A DNA stretch of 64,000 nucleotides from an uncultured delta proteobacterium (GCA_963705165.1 CAVPJD010000008.1:96001-160000); one strand, 5' to 3'. Numbered from the stretch's first letter, positions 18,955 to 28,997 are shown. The notes: generated by a model from the letters alone, not told the origin. Made by a program: numbers and translations.

Positions 18955-18996
18955 TGAAGGCCCCTGCCCGTTTCGGGCGGGGGCCTTCATTTTTTC
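18955..18996 (+). terminator. Intrinsic terminator
   Basis: TGAAGGCCCCTGCCCG-TTT-CGGGCGGGGGCCTTCA-TTTTTT. Confidence 0.8.
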
Positions 18997-19071
18997 CGTG
19001 TCCTGCGCACCGCGAAAAATCGTCTCATTTTTCTGAGAGCATCACAAAGCGTTTTGTATTACAATACGGTC

Positions 19072-21240
19072 ATGAGAATTCCCTTCGCAGAAAAGCTCGC
19101 CACGAAACGCGTTTCCTTCCGCACGGCGCTCTCGACCCTTCTCATGGTGATGATCTTCGGCACTGTCGCCCTCCTCGGAGGCCTTTCCTACTACAACCTC
19201 AAGAGAAACGCCGACACCCTCTCCGGACAGGTGCTTGACGAGAGCTCCCTGCGCATCCGGCACTGGGTCGGCACGCTGCTCACCCGCGCCAAGGACCAGG
19301 GCGAGATGAACCGCCAGCTCCTCGGCTCCGTCCAGCTCCGCCCGGAATCGCTGACCTGGATCACCCGTCACATGCAGCGGGTGCTGGAGACGCAGAGCCA
19401 TTTCACCTTCCTTTCGGCAGGCTTCGAGAGCGGCCTGATGCTGTCCGTCGAGCGACTGCAGGACGGCGGGTTCAGCATCCGGGAGGCCCGGTACGACCGC
19501 AAGGCCGGCAAGGCGGAGATCCTCGACTTCCGGCCCGAAGACTACCCGCAGCGAAAGGCCTATGATCGCCGGGAATTCCAGTTGACCGGTGAGAGGAGGA
19601 TGCCGGGCTGGTACACCGCCGCCCGCGATGCCGGAGGCCCGATCTGGACCGAGGGGCGGACGTTGCGCAGCGGCGCCGAGGCGGTCCCGGGCATCACCTT
19701 CGCCACCCCCATTTACGACAAGGACCAGCAGTTCATCGGCGTCACGACGGTCGACTTCGACATCAGCGCCATCTCCCGCTTTCTCAACTCCAACCCGATC
19801 GGGAAGGCGGGATTTGCCTTCATCATCGAGAAGACGGCAGGCGGGAAATTCCAGATCCTCGCCCACCCGCAGCCGGAGATCCTCACCCGCGAGGTGAAGG
19901 ACGAAAGGGGGCGCTCGCAGTTCGAGTTTACGGACTGGCAGAAGCTGGGCGACGAGCGGGTCGTACGCTTCATGGAGTTTTTCTCCGAGAACAGCGGGGA
20001 ATATCTGGGCCACGATCTCAGGACCTTCCGCTTCAGCGCCGGCGGCGCGGATTATTTCGGGAGCTACCGCCGGATGGCCGGGAGGGACCTGCCGGGCTGG
20101 ATCATCGCCCTTGTCATTCCCTACCACGAGATCATGGGGGCCGTGGATCGAAACAACCTGGAGACCCTGCTGATCGGGGTCGCGGCCTTTTTCCTGATTC
20201 TGATCTCGAGCGCCTGGATCTCCGCCCTCGTCTCCAAGCCCCTGCGTCGGATCGCCCTGGATTCGGAAGCCATCGGCCGCTTCGAGCTCGAGGCCCGGCC
20301 CCTCGAGCGCTCGCAGATCCGGGAAGTGGACCAGCTGATGGTGGCCACACACGACATGACGCGGGGCTTGCGCTCCTTCGGCAAGTACGTGCCGGCCGAT
20401 CTCGTCCGCGAGATCCTCGCCTCCGGCGGCGAGGCCGAACTGGGCGGCCAGAAGGCTTCCCTCACCATCTTCTTTACCGACATCGCCGATTTCACGACGA
20501 TCTCGGAGGGCCTCGATCCCGAGGCCCTCGTGGATCAGCTCGGCGAATATTTCGAGGCGATGAGCAGCGCGCTGAGGCAGCAGCCGCCGGGCACGCTCGA
20601 CAAGTTCATCGGCGACAGCATCATGGCCTTCTGGGGGGCCCCCCTGCCCAATCCCGATCACGCCGTCACGGCCTGCCGCGCGGCGCTTTTGTGCCAGGAA
20701 CGCCTGGAGGAGCTCCACGAGAAGTGGGCCCGCGAGGGCAAGCCGCTGTTCCACCAGCGCATCGGCATCAACACGGGCGAGGTGATCGTGGGCAATATGG
20801 GCAGCGCCACCCGGCTCAATTACACCGTCGTCGGCGACACGGTGAACACGGCCAGCCGCTTCGAGGGCCTCAACAAGATCTACGGCACCCGGATCATCAT
20901 CGGCGAGAGCACCCGGGCAATCGTGAAGGATCAGTTCATCGCCCGCCCCCTCGACCTCGTCTCCGTCAAGGGGAGCACGAGGGGCGTGCGAATCTACGAA
21001 CTGATGGCCGAGGCGGCCTCGGCCGACGAGCGCACGCGCGCGATCGCCGCTCTGGCCGAAACGGCGCTGAATCTCTATCTCGAGCGGCGCTGGGACAAGG
21101 CCGGAGAGTGCTGCAGGAAGATCCTGGAGCTCAACCACGGCGACGAGCCCGCCCGCATCCTGATGGAGCGCTGCCGGCTCATGTTGGAGAGCCCGCCGCC
21201 CGGCAACTGGAACGGCATCCACCGCATCGAGAGCAAATGA
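19072..21240 (+). CDS. Class III adenylate/guanylate cyclase with periplasmic Cache sensor and HAMP
   Basis: Two TMs; FTDIADFT, DKFIGDSIMAFWG, RIGINTG and GDTVNTASR motifs. Confidence 0.93.
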   Translation: MRIPFAEKLATKRVSFRTALSTLLMVMIFGTVALLGGLSYYNLKRNADTLSGQVLDESSLRIRHWVGTLLTRAKDQGEMNRQLLGSVQLRPESLTWITRHMQRVLETQSHFTFLSAGFESGLMLSVERLQDGGFSIREARYDRKAGKAEILDFRPEDYPQRKAYDRREFQLTGERRMPGWYTAARDAGGPIWTEGRTLRSGAEAVPGITFATPIYDKDQQFIGVTTVDFDISAISRFLNSNPIGKAGFAFIIEKTAGGKFQILAHPQPEILTREVKDERGRSQFEFTDWQKLGDERVVRFMEFFSENSGEYLGHDLRTFRFSAGGADYFGSYRRMAGRDLPGWIIALVIPYHEIMGAVDRNNLETLLIGVAAFFLILISSAWISALVSKPLRRIALDSEAIGRFELEARPLERSQIREVDQLMVATHDMTRGLRSFGKYVPADLVREILASGGEAELGGQKASLTIFFTDIADFTTISEGLDPEALVDQLGEYFEAMSSALRQQPPGTLDKFIGDSIMAFWGAPLPNPDHAVTACRAALLCQERLEELHEKWAREGKPLFHQRIGINTGEVIVGNMGSATRLNYTVVGDTVNTASRFEGLNKIYGTRIIIGESTRAIVKDQFIARPLDLVSVKGSTRGVRIYELMAEAASADERTRAIAALAETALNLYLERRWDKAGECCRKILELNHGDEPARILMERCRLMLESPPPGNWNGIHRIESK

Positions 21241-21322
21241 GAAGCATCTTGAGGGAAGCCCTCGGCCCCGCTCGGCGGCCGGGATCGTCGCGGCCTTCCC
21301 GGTAAAGGAGAGCACGGAATCC

Positions 21323-22777
21323 ATGCCCCGAAGACGCTGCAAGACAATGGCCGCTGGCGCCCTCCTGATCGGCGCCGTCATCGCGCTTTCCTCCTGTGCC
21401 GCCAACCCCGTCAGCGGCAAACAGGACTTCATGCTGATCAGCGAGCAGGAAGAAATCGACATGGGCCGGAAGGTCGATGCCTCGGTGACCCGGGAGTACG
21501 GCCTGTACGACGATCCGCGCCTCAGCGCCTATGTGAACGACATGGGCCGCAGACTGGGAAAGCTCTCCCACCGCCCGCAACTCGACTACAGCGTCAAAAT
21601 CCTCGATGCCTCCGTCGTGAACGCCTTCGCCGCCCCGGGGGGCTATCTCTTCTTCACGCGCGGGATCCTGGCCACCCTCAACAGCGAGGCGGAACTGGCC
21701 GGCGTGATGGGGCACGAGATCGGCCACGTCACGGCTCGCCACTCGGCCCAGCAGTTGAGCAAGGCGCAGGCGGCGCAGATCGGGCTGATCATTCCCCAGG
21801 TGCTTGGTGTTCCCCTTCTGTCAGGGCTGGCAGAGATCGGGATGGGGCTCTTCTTCATGAAATACAGCCGCGACAACGAGCGGGAGGCCGACTCCCTGGG
21901 TGTGGAGTACGCGACCAGGGCGGGCTATGACGCCTCACAGATGGCGGGCTTTTTCGAGACGCTCCAGCGCATGAACCCGCAGTCGGACCGCAGCGGCATG
22001 CCGGCCTGGTTTGCCACGCACCCCAGCCCCGAAGACCGCGAAAAGGCCATCAAGGTCCAGGCGCAGCAGGCACAGCGGCAGATGGGGTTGACCCGCCCCC
22101 GGATCGATCGCGAGGCCTACCTGAGGGCCATTGACGGCCTCGCCTACGGCCAGGACCCCCGCGAGGGTTACGTGGAGGGGGGCGTGTACTACCACCCCGC
22201 CATGCGCATCCAGTTCCCCGTGCCCGCCGAATGGAAGGTGAACGACACGCCGACGGCCGTGCAGATGGTGAGCAAGGACAAAAACGCCGTCATCCTCTTC
22301 ACCGCGGCGCAGGGCAAGTCCCCGTCCGAATCGGCCCGGATCTTTGTCTCGAAGACCAAGGCCCGCGTCCTCCAGAGCCAGTCCGTCAGTGTGGGCGGCT
22401 TTGCGGCCCATCGTCTCGTCGCAGAGGTGCAGTCCCGCAACGGCACGGTCCGGATCCTGTCCTATTTCATCCAGAAGGGGGATGTGATCTACACGTTCGG
22501 GGGGATCAGCACACCGCGCAACTTCCCGCAGTACGAGAGTCTCTTCGAGAACACCATGAACCGGTTCGCGGAGTTGACCGACGCGAGAAAGATCAACGTC
22601 CAGCCGGACCGCGTCCGGGTGCGCCGCGCCCCAAAGGCCGACACCCTCGGCAATGCCCTCCGGGCGCTTGGCGTCGCGGAGAACCGGGTCAAGGAGATGT
22701 CGCTGCTCAACGGCGGCGATCCGGACGAGCCGATCCCCCCGAACACCCTGCTCAAGGTCGTGGAGCGCGGCCGGTAA
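21323..22777 (+). CDS. M48 family metalloprotease lipoprotein
   Basis: LSSC lipobox; NAFA, HEIGH, E-EAD and THP motifs. Confidence 0.93.
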   Translation: MPRRRCKTMAAGALLIGAVIALSSCAANPVSGKQDFMLISEQEEIDMGRKVDASVTREYGLYDDPRLSAYVNDMGRRLGKLSHRPQLDYSVKILDASVVNAFAAPGGYLFFTRGILATLNSEAELAGVMGHEIGHVTARHSAQQLSKAQAAQIGLIIPQVLGVPLLSGLAEIGMGLFFMKYSRDNEREADSLGVEYATRAGYDASQMAGFFETLQRMNPQSDRSGMPAWFATHPSPEDREKAIKVQAQQAQRQMGLTRPRIDREAYLRAIDGLAYGQDPREGYVEGGVYYHPAMRIQFPVPAEWKVNDTPTAVQMVSKDKNAVILFTAAQGKSPSESARIFVSKTKARVLQSQSVSVGGFAAHRLVAEVQSRNGTVRILSYFIQKGDVIYTFGGISTPRNFPQYESLFENTMNRFAELTDARKINVQPDRVRVRRAPKADTLGNALRALGVAENRVKEMSLLNGGDPDEPIPPNTLLKVVERGR

Positions 22778-22805
22778 GAAACCCTCGCATCGCGCACCGG
22801 CGAGT

Positions 22806-23285
22806 CTATCTGCTTTCCACGGCCTCAACCGCGAGATCGATCTTTTCGGCCGACGGCTCCGCGGGTCTCCAGCACAGCCTCCACCGGGAGATGCCGGTCC
22901 GCAAGGGCGAAGCGGCGCCCTCCTGCCTGTACTCCGCCCAGACGGAAAAATCGATCCACCAGTTCAGGGCCGCCTTGTAACCCCAAAGGTGAACCTTGCT
23001 GGCCACCCCGGGATGGGCCGCGAGGAGCAGGTCGTAGACGTCCCACGCGAGCGCTCCGCCGGGCGGGATCGAATCGGCGGGCGTGGCGCGCTTCAGGGCC
23101 TCCGTTGCGTCATGAACCATCCCGCGCTCCTCGGAGAGTGTTGCGTGCGCGATGACCCCGGTGGCGGTGCTGTCGCCTGCATTGTGCAGCGAGAGGATCG
23201 CCCTGGCAAATGGGATTTCCCGCCCCCCGGTGACGCGGAGTGTCGAAGGGACGGTCTTCAGGGTGAAGTTCAGGTTGCCGGACAT
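22806..23285 (-). CDS. Hypothetical protein
   Basis: AGGAGAGG RBS; co-oriented downstream of the ThiF-family gene. Confidence 0.65.
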   Translation of the reverse strand: MSGNLNFTLKTVPSTLRVTGGREIPFARAILSLHNAGDSTATGVIAHATLSEERGMVHDATEALKRATPADSIPPGGALAWDVYDLLLAAHPGVASKVHLWGYKAALNWWIDFSVWAEYRQEGAASPLRTGISRWRLCWRPAEPSAEKIDLAVEAVESR

Positions 23286-23305
23286 GGTGTTTCCCTCTCC
23301 TGTTA

Positions 23306-24184
23306 TCATGTCGTTCCAGGCGCCTCGCCAAACCGGAACGTCTCCAGCCGGCCTTTCTCCAGATCCACGTAAGCCATCGTGTTCCGGAAGAGGCTGCCGC
23401 GCCTGAGCAGAATCTTGAGCACTTCCATGGTCTGGAAGGTGCCGATGAGCGCCGCCGTCACGGCGGGAACTCCCAGGACGGCTTCCGGCCGATCCGGATC
23501 GGCCCCGCTCGCGGCCTCCCCGTAGAGCTGCTTCACGCCGGCGTCGCCCGGCAGGACGGTCATGATCCTGCCCTCGAAGCCGGCCAGCGCCCCGTGCACC
23601 ATGGGGATGCCCAGCCGGCCTGCCGCCTCCTGCAGCAGCAGGCGGTCGGGCACATTGTCCAGGCCGTCGACGACGACATCGCTGCCGGCAAGGATCCCGT
23701 CGATCACATCGGCTGTCAGCCTCACCTGGTGGGGAATCACATGAACGCCGGGGTTGATCGCAGCCACGGCCTCTACGGCGGCGCGGGTCTTCGGCTCCCC
23801 CAGCATGTTTTCGACGCACAGGGCCTGGCGGTTCAGGTTCGTCTCGTCAAAGAGGTCACAATCCACGACGACGATCGTCCCGATACCGAGGCGCGCCAGC
23901 AACACGATGACCTGCCCGCCCAGCCCCCCTGCTCCCACAACGGCAACCCGCGATTCGGCAAGCCTGAGTTGCTCCGCTGCGGAGAGGATATCCCGGTTGC
24001 GGATGTAGCGGTACGGGTAGATGCCGAGCTTGAGCGACTCGCGGTAAATCTCGTGAAGGGCAACCCCGCTCTGCCGGGAAATCTCGCGGGCAGCGCGGTC
24101 TTCCAAGACCTCCGCGTCGCGGCCTGCCGGGTCCATTATTCTTTTCGCCCGCCCGCGAATCCGGTCCAGAATGTCCGAACTCAT
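23306..24184 (-). CDS. HesA/MoeB/ThiF family adenylyltransferase
   Basis: VVGAGGLGG, D-D-FDETNLNRQ and DGLDN motifs; lacks the CxxC zinc pairs. Confidence 0.92.
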   Translation of the reverse strand: MSSDILDRIRGRAKRIMDPAGRDAEVLEDRAAREISRQSGVALHEIYRESLKLGIYPYRYIRNRDILSAAEQLRLAESRVAVVGAGGLGGQVIVLLARLGIGTIVVVDCDLFDETNLNRQALCVENMLGEPKTRAAVEAVAAINPGVHVIPHQVRLTADVIDGILAGSDVVVDGLDNVPDRLLLQEAAGRLGIPMVHGALAGFEGRIMTVLPGDAGVKQLYGEAASGADPDRPEAVLGVPAVTAALIGTFQTMEVLKILLRRGSLFRNTMAYVDLEKGRLETFRFGEAPGTT

Positions 24185-24310
24185 CGACCCACCCCCTCTT
24201 CGGCAATATGGACTGCGGCCTTCGGGCCACTTTCCTTCCAAGCTCCCTCTCCCTTGAGAGGGCTCCCTTCGGTCGCTCCTAATGAACAGCAGTACCACGG
24301 GTCGAAAGAT

Positions 24311-24364
24311 GTAGGGGCCGTTCCCCGAACGGCCCAACAGGCCCGATCGGGGATCGGGCCCTAC
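24311..24364. repeat. GTAG-type REP doublet
   Basis: GTAGGGGCCGTTCCCCGAACGGCCC-AACA-GGCCCGATCGGGGATCGGGCCCTAC. Confidence 0.75.
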
Positions 24365-24530
24365 GCGTTGAAGGCTGTTTCTTCCATCGATAACCCCGGG
24401 TATGGCCGGGGTCAGTGGCTCGCAATGACGGAAGCCGATTATGACACAGCCATCCCATTTCCCTCTTGTCTGAATCCGTTTGAGGAAATCCTCACAGTCG
24501 TATATGCTCTATTCGAGGTGTGATGAAACC

Positions 24531-24755
24531 ATGAAAGTCGAGCTGAACCTCTATGCCTCCCTGGCCCGCTTCGTCCCCCGCACGGGGTCCCTGGAGGTCG
24601 GCGAGGATACCACGATCCTGGGGCTGCTTCGGCGTCTCGACGTGCCGCTGGACAAGGTGAAGATCATCTTCCTCAACGGCATCCACGCCAGCGGCACTGA
24701 AACCCTCCGTGAAGGGGACCGGGTGGGGGTCTTCCCGCCCGTTGCCGGCGGCTAG
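24531..24755 (+). CDS. MoaD/ThiS family sulfur carrier
   Basis: Ends GDRVGVFPPVAGG (C-terminal diglycine). Confidence 0.92.
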   Translation: MKVELNLYASLARFVPRTGSLEVGEDTTILGLLRRLDVPLDKVKIIFLNGIHASGTETLREGDRVGVFPPVAGG

Positions 24756-24833
24756 AAAAAAGGTTCGAGGCTCGAGGAGCGAGGTTCGAGGTTTTTCCAT
24801 ACGACACGCTACACGCTACCCGCGACACGCTTC

Positions 24834-25415
24834 TTATGCCGGAACAACCCGCACATGCAGCCAGACCTGCCCCATCATCCCGTCGAGGCTCCCCTGCCCC
24901 TCGCGGCAATTATCCGGCAGGTCCCTGACGATCTGTGCGAGATCCCCGGCATCGACCTCGATGCCGCGCTCGAGAAGCTGAGGCCCCAATTCCCGCAGGG
25001 CCATGCCGAATAGCTTAATGACGATGCGGCCCTGCCCGATCCCCTGCGGTGCCGCATCGCCCCGGTGCGTGATCCCGCTGCGCATGGGGGCATAGTACCC
25101 GCCCCTTCTGAGCATAGCGCCCATCAGGCCCGGCATGGCAGGCGCCAGGGCCAGCGTCGCACCGTCCCGGACAAGGGCCGCATCGATGTCGTCCACGGGC
25201 TTGCCGTCCAGGAAAACGGTCTGGATCCGCGCCTCGATGTACTCGTCGGTCAGGCCGAGCCCATCGCGCAGAAATACCCCGATCGGGCATCCGGCGAGGA
25301 CCCCGAGCGCAAACCCCTTCTGCAGCAGCGGGAAAAAACAGGCAAGCCGGTCCGCCGGCACGGTTATGCACAGCCTGCCCTCAGCGCCTGCATCGGCGCG
25401 GTTCGATTCCGTCAT
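24834..25415 (-). CDS. Hypothetical protein with internal ubiquitin/ThiS-like segment
   Basis: IQTVFLDGKPVDD...VRDGATLALAPAMPG; downstream of AOR. Confidence 0.7.
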   Translation of the reverse strand: MTESNRADAGAEGRLCITVPADRLACFFPLLQKGFALGVLAGCPIGVFLRDGLGLTDEYIEARIQTVFLDGKPVDDIDAALVRDGATLALAPAMPGLMGAMLRRGGYYAPMRSGITHRGDAAPQGIGQGRIVIKLFGMALRELGPQLLERGIEVDAGDLAQIVRDLPDNCREGQGSLDGMMGQVWLHVRVVPA

Positions 25416-25476
25416 GGGCAATAGACACCCTCCCCTCATCCCCTCCCGCCGGAGACTGAGTTGCAGTCCTCTTTGG

Positions 25477-25660
25477 TCATTGCGAGCGACCGACGGGAGC
25501 GCGGCAATCCCGAACATGCTGGATGAATGGGATTTTCCCCCTCACCTCTATCCTCTCCCACCGGGGGAGAGGAAGATCAAGGTAAAGGGTTTTCACAGGA
25601 GATTGCTTCGTCGCTGTCGCTCCTCGCAATGACAGAAAAAGGGATGCCTTCGCAATGACA
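25477..25660. repeat. Nested REP cluster: GTCATTGCGAG...CTCGCAATGAC pair enclosing a CCCCTCACC...GGGAGAGG hairpin
   Basis: The same motifs recur at 51062-51351. Confidence 0.75.
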
Positions 25661-25710
25661 TCGCGACAGGGTCTCCCACAGAAACGGAATGCGGCGAAAC
25701 GGTACAATCC

Positions 25711-27447
25711 TTACCAGTCGAATACCGTATCCATCTCCGCGTCGCTGACCTGGAACGTGACATTGTGCGGGGGAAGCAGCTCCTTCCTGAAAAACTCCGG
25801 CAGGCGGTCCTGCGCTTTCGTGAGGCCGGCCTGCGCATTGAACTCCCGCTCCCACGTGAGGACCTTTTTCCCCAGCGCCGTGACGTCGTCGCCCGTCATG
25901 TTGAGCCCGTAGAAGGCGCTGAGCAGGTCGAGCAGCGCCTGGAAGGTTTCGGGCTGGTCCATGATCGCGAAGGCGATGAAGAGGCACATCCCCGTGGAGT
26001 CGATGGCCGCCGTGGCGATCTGGAGATTCCGGGAAAGCTCGATCTGGCCCTCCGGTTTCAGCGGGTCGACATAGCCCCCCACCTTGAGGATGTTGGTGGC
26101 CACGGCGTAGCCTGCCGTGTGGTCGGCGCCCATGGTGCTTGTGGCATAAGTCACGCCGATTCCCTGGATCGCCCTCGGGTCGTAGGCTGGAAGGGCCTGG
26201 TTCTTCACGACGGGGACCCGCTCGATGCCGAAGGCCCGGCCCGTCATGCCGGCGCCGTTTCCCAGGATGCGTCCCAGGGGGCTGCCCTTGCCCACTTCCC
26301 TGATAAGCTGAATCGCCGCGTCGGCATCCCCGAACTTAGCCAACCCGGCCTCCATGGCCACCCCGATCGTCGCGCCCATCTCGATGGTGTCCAGTCCGAA
26401 GTCGTCATCGAGACGGTCCATCAAGGCGATCTTGTCCAGGTCGTCGATGCCGCAGTTGGCGCCGTGGGCCCAGACAGTCTCGTACTCGGGCTGCTTGGTC
26501 AGATAGTTACCGTCCTTGTCGTGGTAGATTCCCGAGCAGCGGATCACGCAGCCCCGGTGGCAACCGTGCGTCGGGTTTCCGCCGCGGGCCTTCTCCAGCT
26601 CCGCCTCGGTCTCGCCGCTGATCTTCGAGGTCCCCTCGAAGCGGCCCCAGAGGAAGTTGTTCGTGGGGTAGGCGCCCGCCTCGTTGATCACGTTGGCCAG
26701 GATGTTCGTGCCGAAGGCGGGAAGCCCCTCGCCCGTGACGGGGTGTTTCCTCAGACCGTCCACGAAGGCCTTGTTGGCCGCCCTGAATTTTTCGACATCT
26801 TTCGGGGCGCGGGCGTTCATGCCGGCGTCATCGAGCACGATCACCTTGACCCCCTTGGAGCCCATGACGGCTCCGAGGCCGCCGCGCCCTGCGTGGCGGG
26901 TGGGCCTGAGCTCCATGTCCGTGAAGGCCACCGTGGCGGCGCACATCTTCATCTCGCCCGCCGGCCCGATGGACATGCAGGCGATCTTTTCGCCGTACTC
27001 GCCCTTCATTTTCTCGACGAGGTCGTAATTGCCGAGCATCTTGAGACTGTTGTCCCGGGTGATCTTCACGCCGTCCTTGTTGATGAAGACCTTGTAGAGA
27101 TCGTTCTCCTTCGGCTTTCCCTCCAGGATGATGGCTGCGTAGCCCAGCCGGGCGAGCACCTGGGCGGCCTGGCCGCCGGAGTTCGCCTCCTTGATGCCGC
27201 CCGTCAGCGGGCTCTTGCCGCCCACGGAGCAGCGCCCCGACATGGCCGCGATGGTTCCGCTGAGCATCCCCGGGGCAATGACGAGCTTGTTGTCCTCGCC
27301 CAGCGGGTGCGCCAGGGGCGGCACTTCCTTCGAGACGACGGCGGAGGTCAACGCCCGGCCTCCCAGCCCCGCGTATTCCCCGACGGGTGTTACGCCGGCC
27401 GCAGGACCGCCCTCCGCGCTCATGTTGATTCGGAGCAGTTTGTCCAT
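25711..27447 (-). CDS. aor: Aldehyde:ferredoxin oxidoreductase (W/Mo-pterin)
   Basis: GLGGR, KSPLTGGIKEANSGG, AGRGGLGAVMGSK, PEYET, GLDTIE and DSTGMC motifs. Confidence 0.95.
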   Translation of the reverse strand: MDKLLRINMSAEGGPAAGVTPVGEYAGLGGRALTSAVVSKEVPPLAHPLGEDNKLVIAPGMLSGTIAAMSGRCSVGGKSPLTGGIKEANSGGQAAQVLARLGYAAIILEGKPKENDLYKVFINKDGVKITRDNSLKMLGNYDLVEKMKGEYGEKIACMSIGPAGEMKMCAATVAFTDMELRPTRHAGRGGLGAVMGSKGVKVIVLDDAGMNARAPKDVEKFRAANKAFVDGLRKHPVTGEGLPAFGTNILANVINEAGAYPTNNFLWGRFEGTSKISGETEAELEKARGGNPTHGCHRGCVIRCSGIYHDKDGNYLTKQPEYETVWAHGANCGIDDLDKIALMDRLDDDFGLDTIEMGATIGVAMEAGLAKFGDADAAIQLIREVGKGSPLGRILGNGAGMTGRAFGIERVPVVKNQALPAYDPRAIQGIGVTYATSTMGADHTAGYAVATNILKVGGYVDPLKPEGQIELSRNLQIATAAIDSTGMCLFIAFAIMDQPETFQALLDLLSAFYGLNMTGDDVTALGKKVLTWEREFNAQAGLTKAQDRLPEFFRKELLPPHNVTFQVSDAEMDTVFDW

Positions 27448-27615
27448 GATCCGTCCTCCTTGTTTGATGGAGTTGTCCGGGGATCCATAAGCCGTTGAGC
27501 TGCAGGTTCAAAGGAAAGCTGACAGGGGCAAGTGGCGACTCGAGGCTCTCTTCTGCGATGATCGGAGTGGCTGTTGTATAATAAGGGATAAACGACAGGA
27601 TTAAGCGCTTATTTA

Positions 27616-27663
27616 ACTTTAGGGGAACGATTTGCCTTTGTCAATTATGTCTAATTAGACATA
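27616..27663 (-). promoter_or_regulatory. aor sigma70 promoter with adjacent perfect 18-bp palindrome
   Basis: TTGACA-17-TAAAGT on the minus strand; TATGTCTAATTAGACATA at 27646-27663. Confidence 0.7.
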
Positions 27664-27814
27664 GCCTCGGGCAGCCGCACCAAGTCAGCGGGCATGCATC
27701 GCTTGACCCCTCAAGGGACGCTCTGCTATAAAAAGAATGGAAATCGTGTCCTCGGGCTTATCGTTGGGCTTATTGATCGCGCGCTTCTTCCCTCCTTCCA
27801 GAGAGGCCGCAGCC

Positions 27815-28402
27815 ATGTTCCCGCGCCTGGAAAAATTTCTTGCCGTCTTCGCCGTCACGGCCATCGCCGTCACGGCCGCCTTCTGGGTCTTCCCCCCCGA
27901 GTTGCGTTTCCCGGACCCGAGGCCGGAGGCAGGCGTTTCCAGTGCGAGCCCCGTCGAGGCAGCCCCGGATGCTGCACCCTCTCTCACCCCGCCGCCCGTT
28001 GAGTTTGCGGTGCGGGAAACGAAGAACGAACCCCTTGCCCCCATCGTTTCAAACGACTCCGACGAGATGTGGCAACGCCTCCCGGCAACCCTCTCCCTTG
28101 CCATTCGCGAGAAGCTCCCCGAGGTCTCTCTGTCGGACGAGGACATCCAGGGGCTGACCGAAACCATCCGGACTTTCCGGGAATCGATGCAGAGCCTCCG
28201 GGAGGTGGAGCGGACCCCGGAAAATGCGGACAGGATCCGGGAGCTGATGGGGCGCGTCGAGGAGGACCGCCGCCGGTTCGAGAAAACGACCGGCATGAGC
28301 ATTGCCGAGTTCGTCCAGCGCACGACAACAAGCGGAATCGACAATGGCAAACCCGAAGAAGGCAAGGGGATTCCGGAAACCCTGGATGGTCCAGGCCGTT
28401 AG
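27815..28402 (+). CDS. Hypothetical membrane-anchored protein
   Basis: N-terminal TM, Pro/Ala linker, helical C-terminus. Confidence 0.7.
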   Translation: MFPRLEKFLAVFAVTAIAVTAAFWVFPPELRFPDPRPEAGVSSASPVEAAPDAAPSLTPPPVEFAVRETKNEPLAPIVSNDSDEMWQRLPATLSLAIREKLPEVSLSDEDIQGLTETIRTFRESMQSLREVERTPENADRIRELMGRVEEDRRRFEKTTGMSIAEFVQRTTTSGIDNGKPEEGKGIPETLDGPGR

Positions 28403-28509
28403 TCTCGTGCCCCACTCAAGACCACCTGAAATCGTTCGGGGGAAAAAAGGAGCCCCGCCGGACGGCGGGGCTCCTGCGACGGTTGCATTCGGCAGGAATA
28501 TGAAACGAA

Positions 28510-28860
28510 CTACCTTGCGGACTTCCTGGGTGTTTTGGCGGTTTTCTTCAGGTTCCTCGCTTTCGCGGCAGCCCCCTCTTTCTCGAGCTTCGCGATCCTC
28601 TTCTTGAGCACGTCGATCTCTTTTTTCAGCGGGGCGTGGAGCTTGTCCTGGGCGTCGGACATCACCTTCTGGATCCGCCCCTCCAGGTCCTTCGTCGCTG
28701 CCTTCGATTTTACCACCAGTTCATTCACCAGCGCCCGGCCTTCCTTCTCGGTGATCTCCCCCTTCTTGATCAGTTCCGCAACGGACTCTTCAACCTTCTC
28801 CTTACCCATGTAGAAAAGGCCGACACTGAGCAGTTTCACTTTCTTGATGAAGTCCTGCAT
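28510..28860 (-). CDS. Phasin / PHA granule-associated family protein
   Basis: GLFYMGKEKVEE.V.ELIKKGEITEKEG; Lys/Ala-rich tail. Confidence 0.8.
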   Translation of the reverse strand: MQDFIKKVKLLSVGLFYMGKEKVEESVAELIKKGEITEKEGRALVNELVVKSKAATKDLEGRIQKVMSDAQDKLHAPLKKEIDVLKKRIAKLEKEGAAAKARNLKKTAKTPRKSAR

Positions 28861-28970
28861 GGCTCTTCCTCCTTTCTTTTATCATGATACCGCTTCTTTT
28901 CATCATGATACTGCTTTTCGGCCGCGTAAAGCAAGATAAAGGCTTCCGCGCCCTCGACCACCCGAACCGC

Positions 28971-28997
28971 TCAAGAATCGCGACATCGATCCGATAA
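28971..28997 (+). promoter_or_regulatory. Sigma28 (FliA)-type promoter for hemerythrin
   Basis: TCAAG-N14-TCCGATAA. Confidence 0.55.

Noticed and set aside
19042..21462. Long antisense ORFs (also 25765-27498, 36125-37657, 48847-50877 and others)
   Set aside because: Shadows of high-GC genes on the opposite strand, with no recognisable motifs.
27448..27600. Moco/Wco riboswitch upstream of aor
   Set aside because: I could not recognise the conserved multi-stem structure; an Infernal search would settle it.
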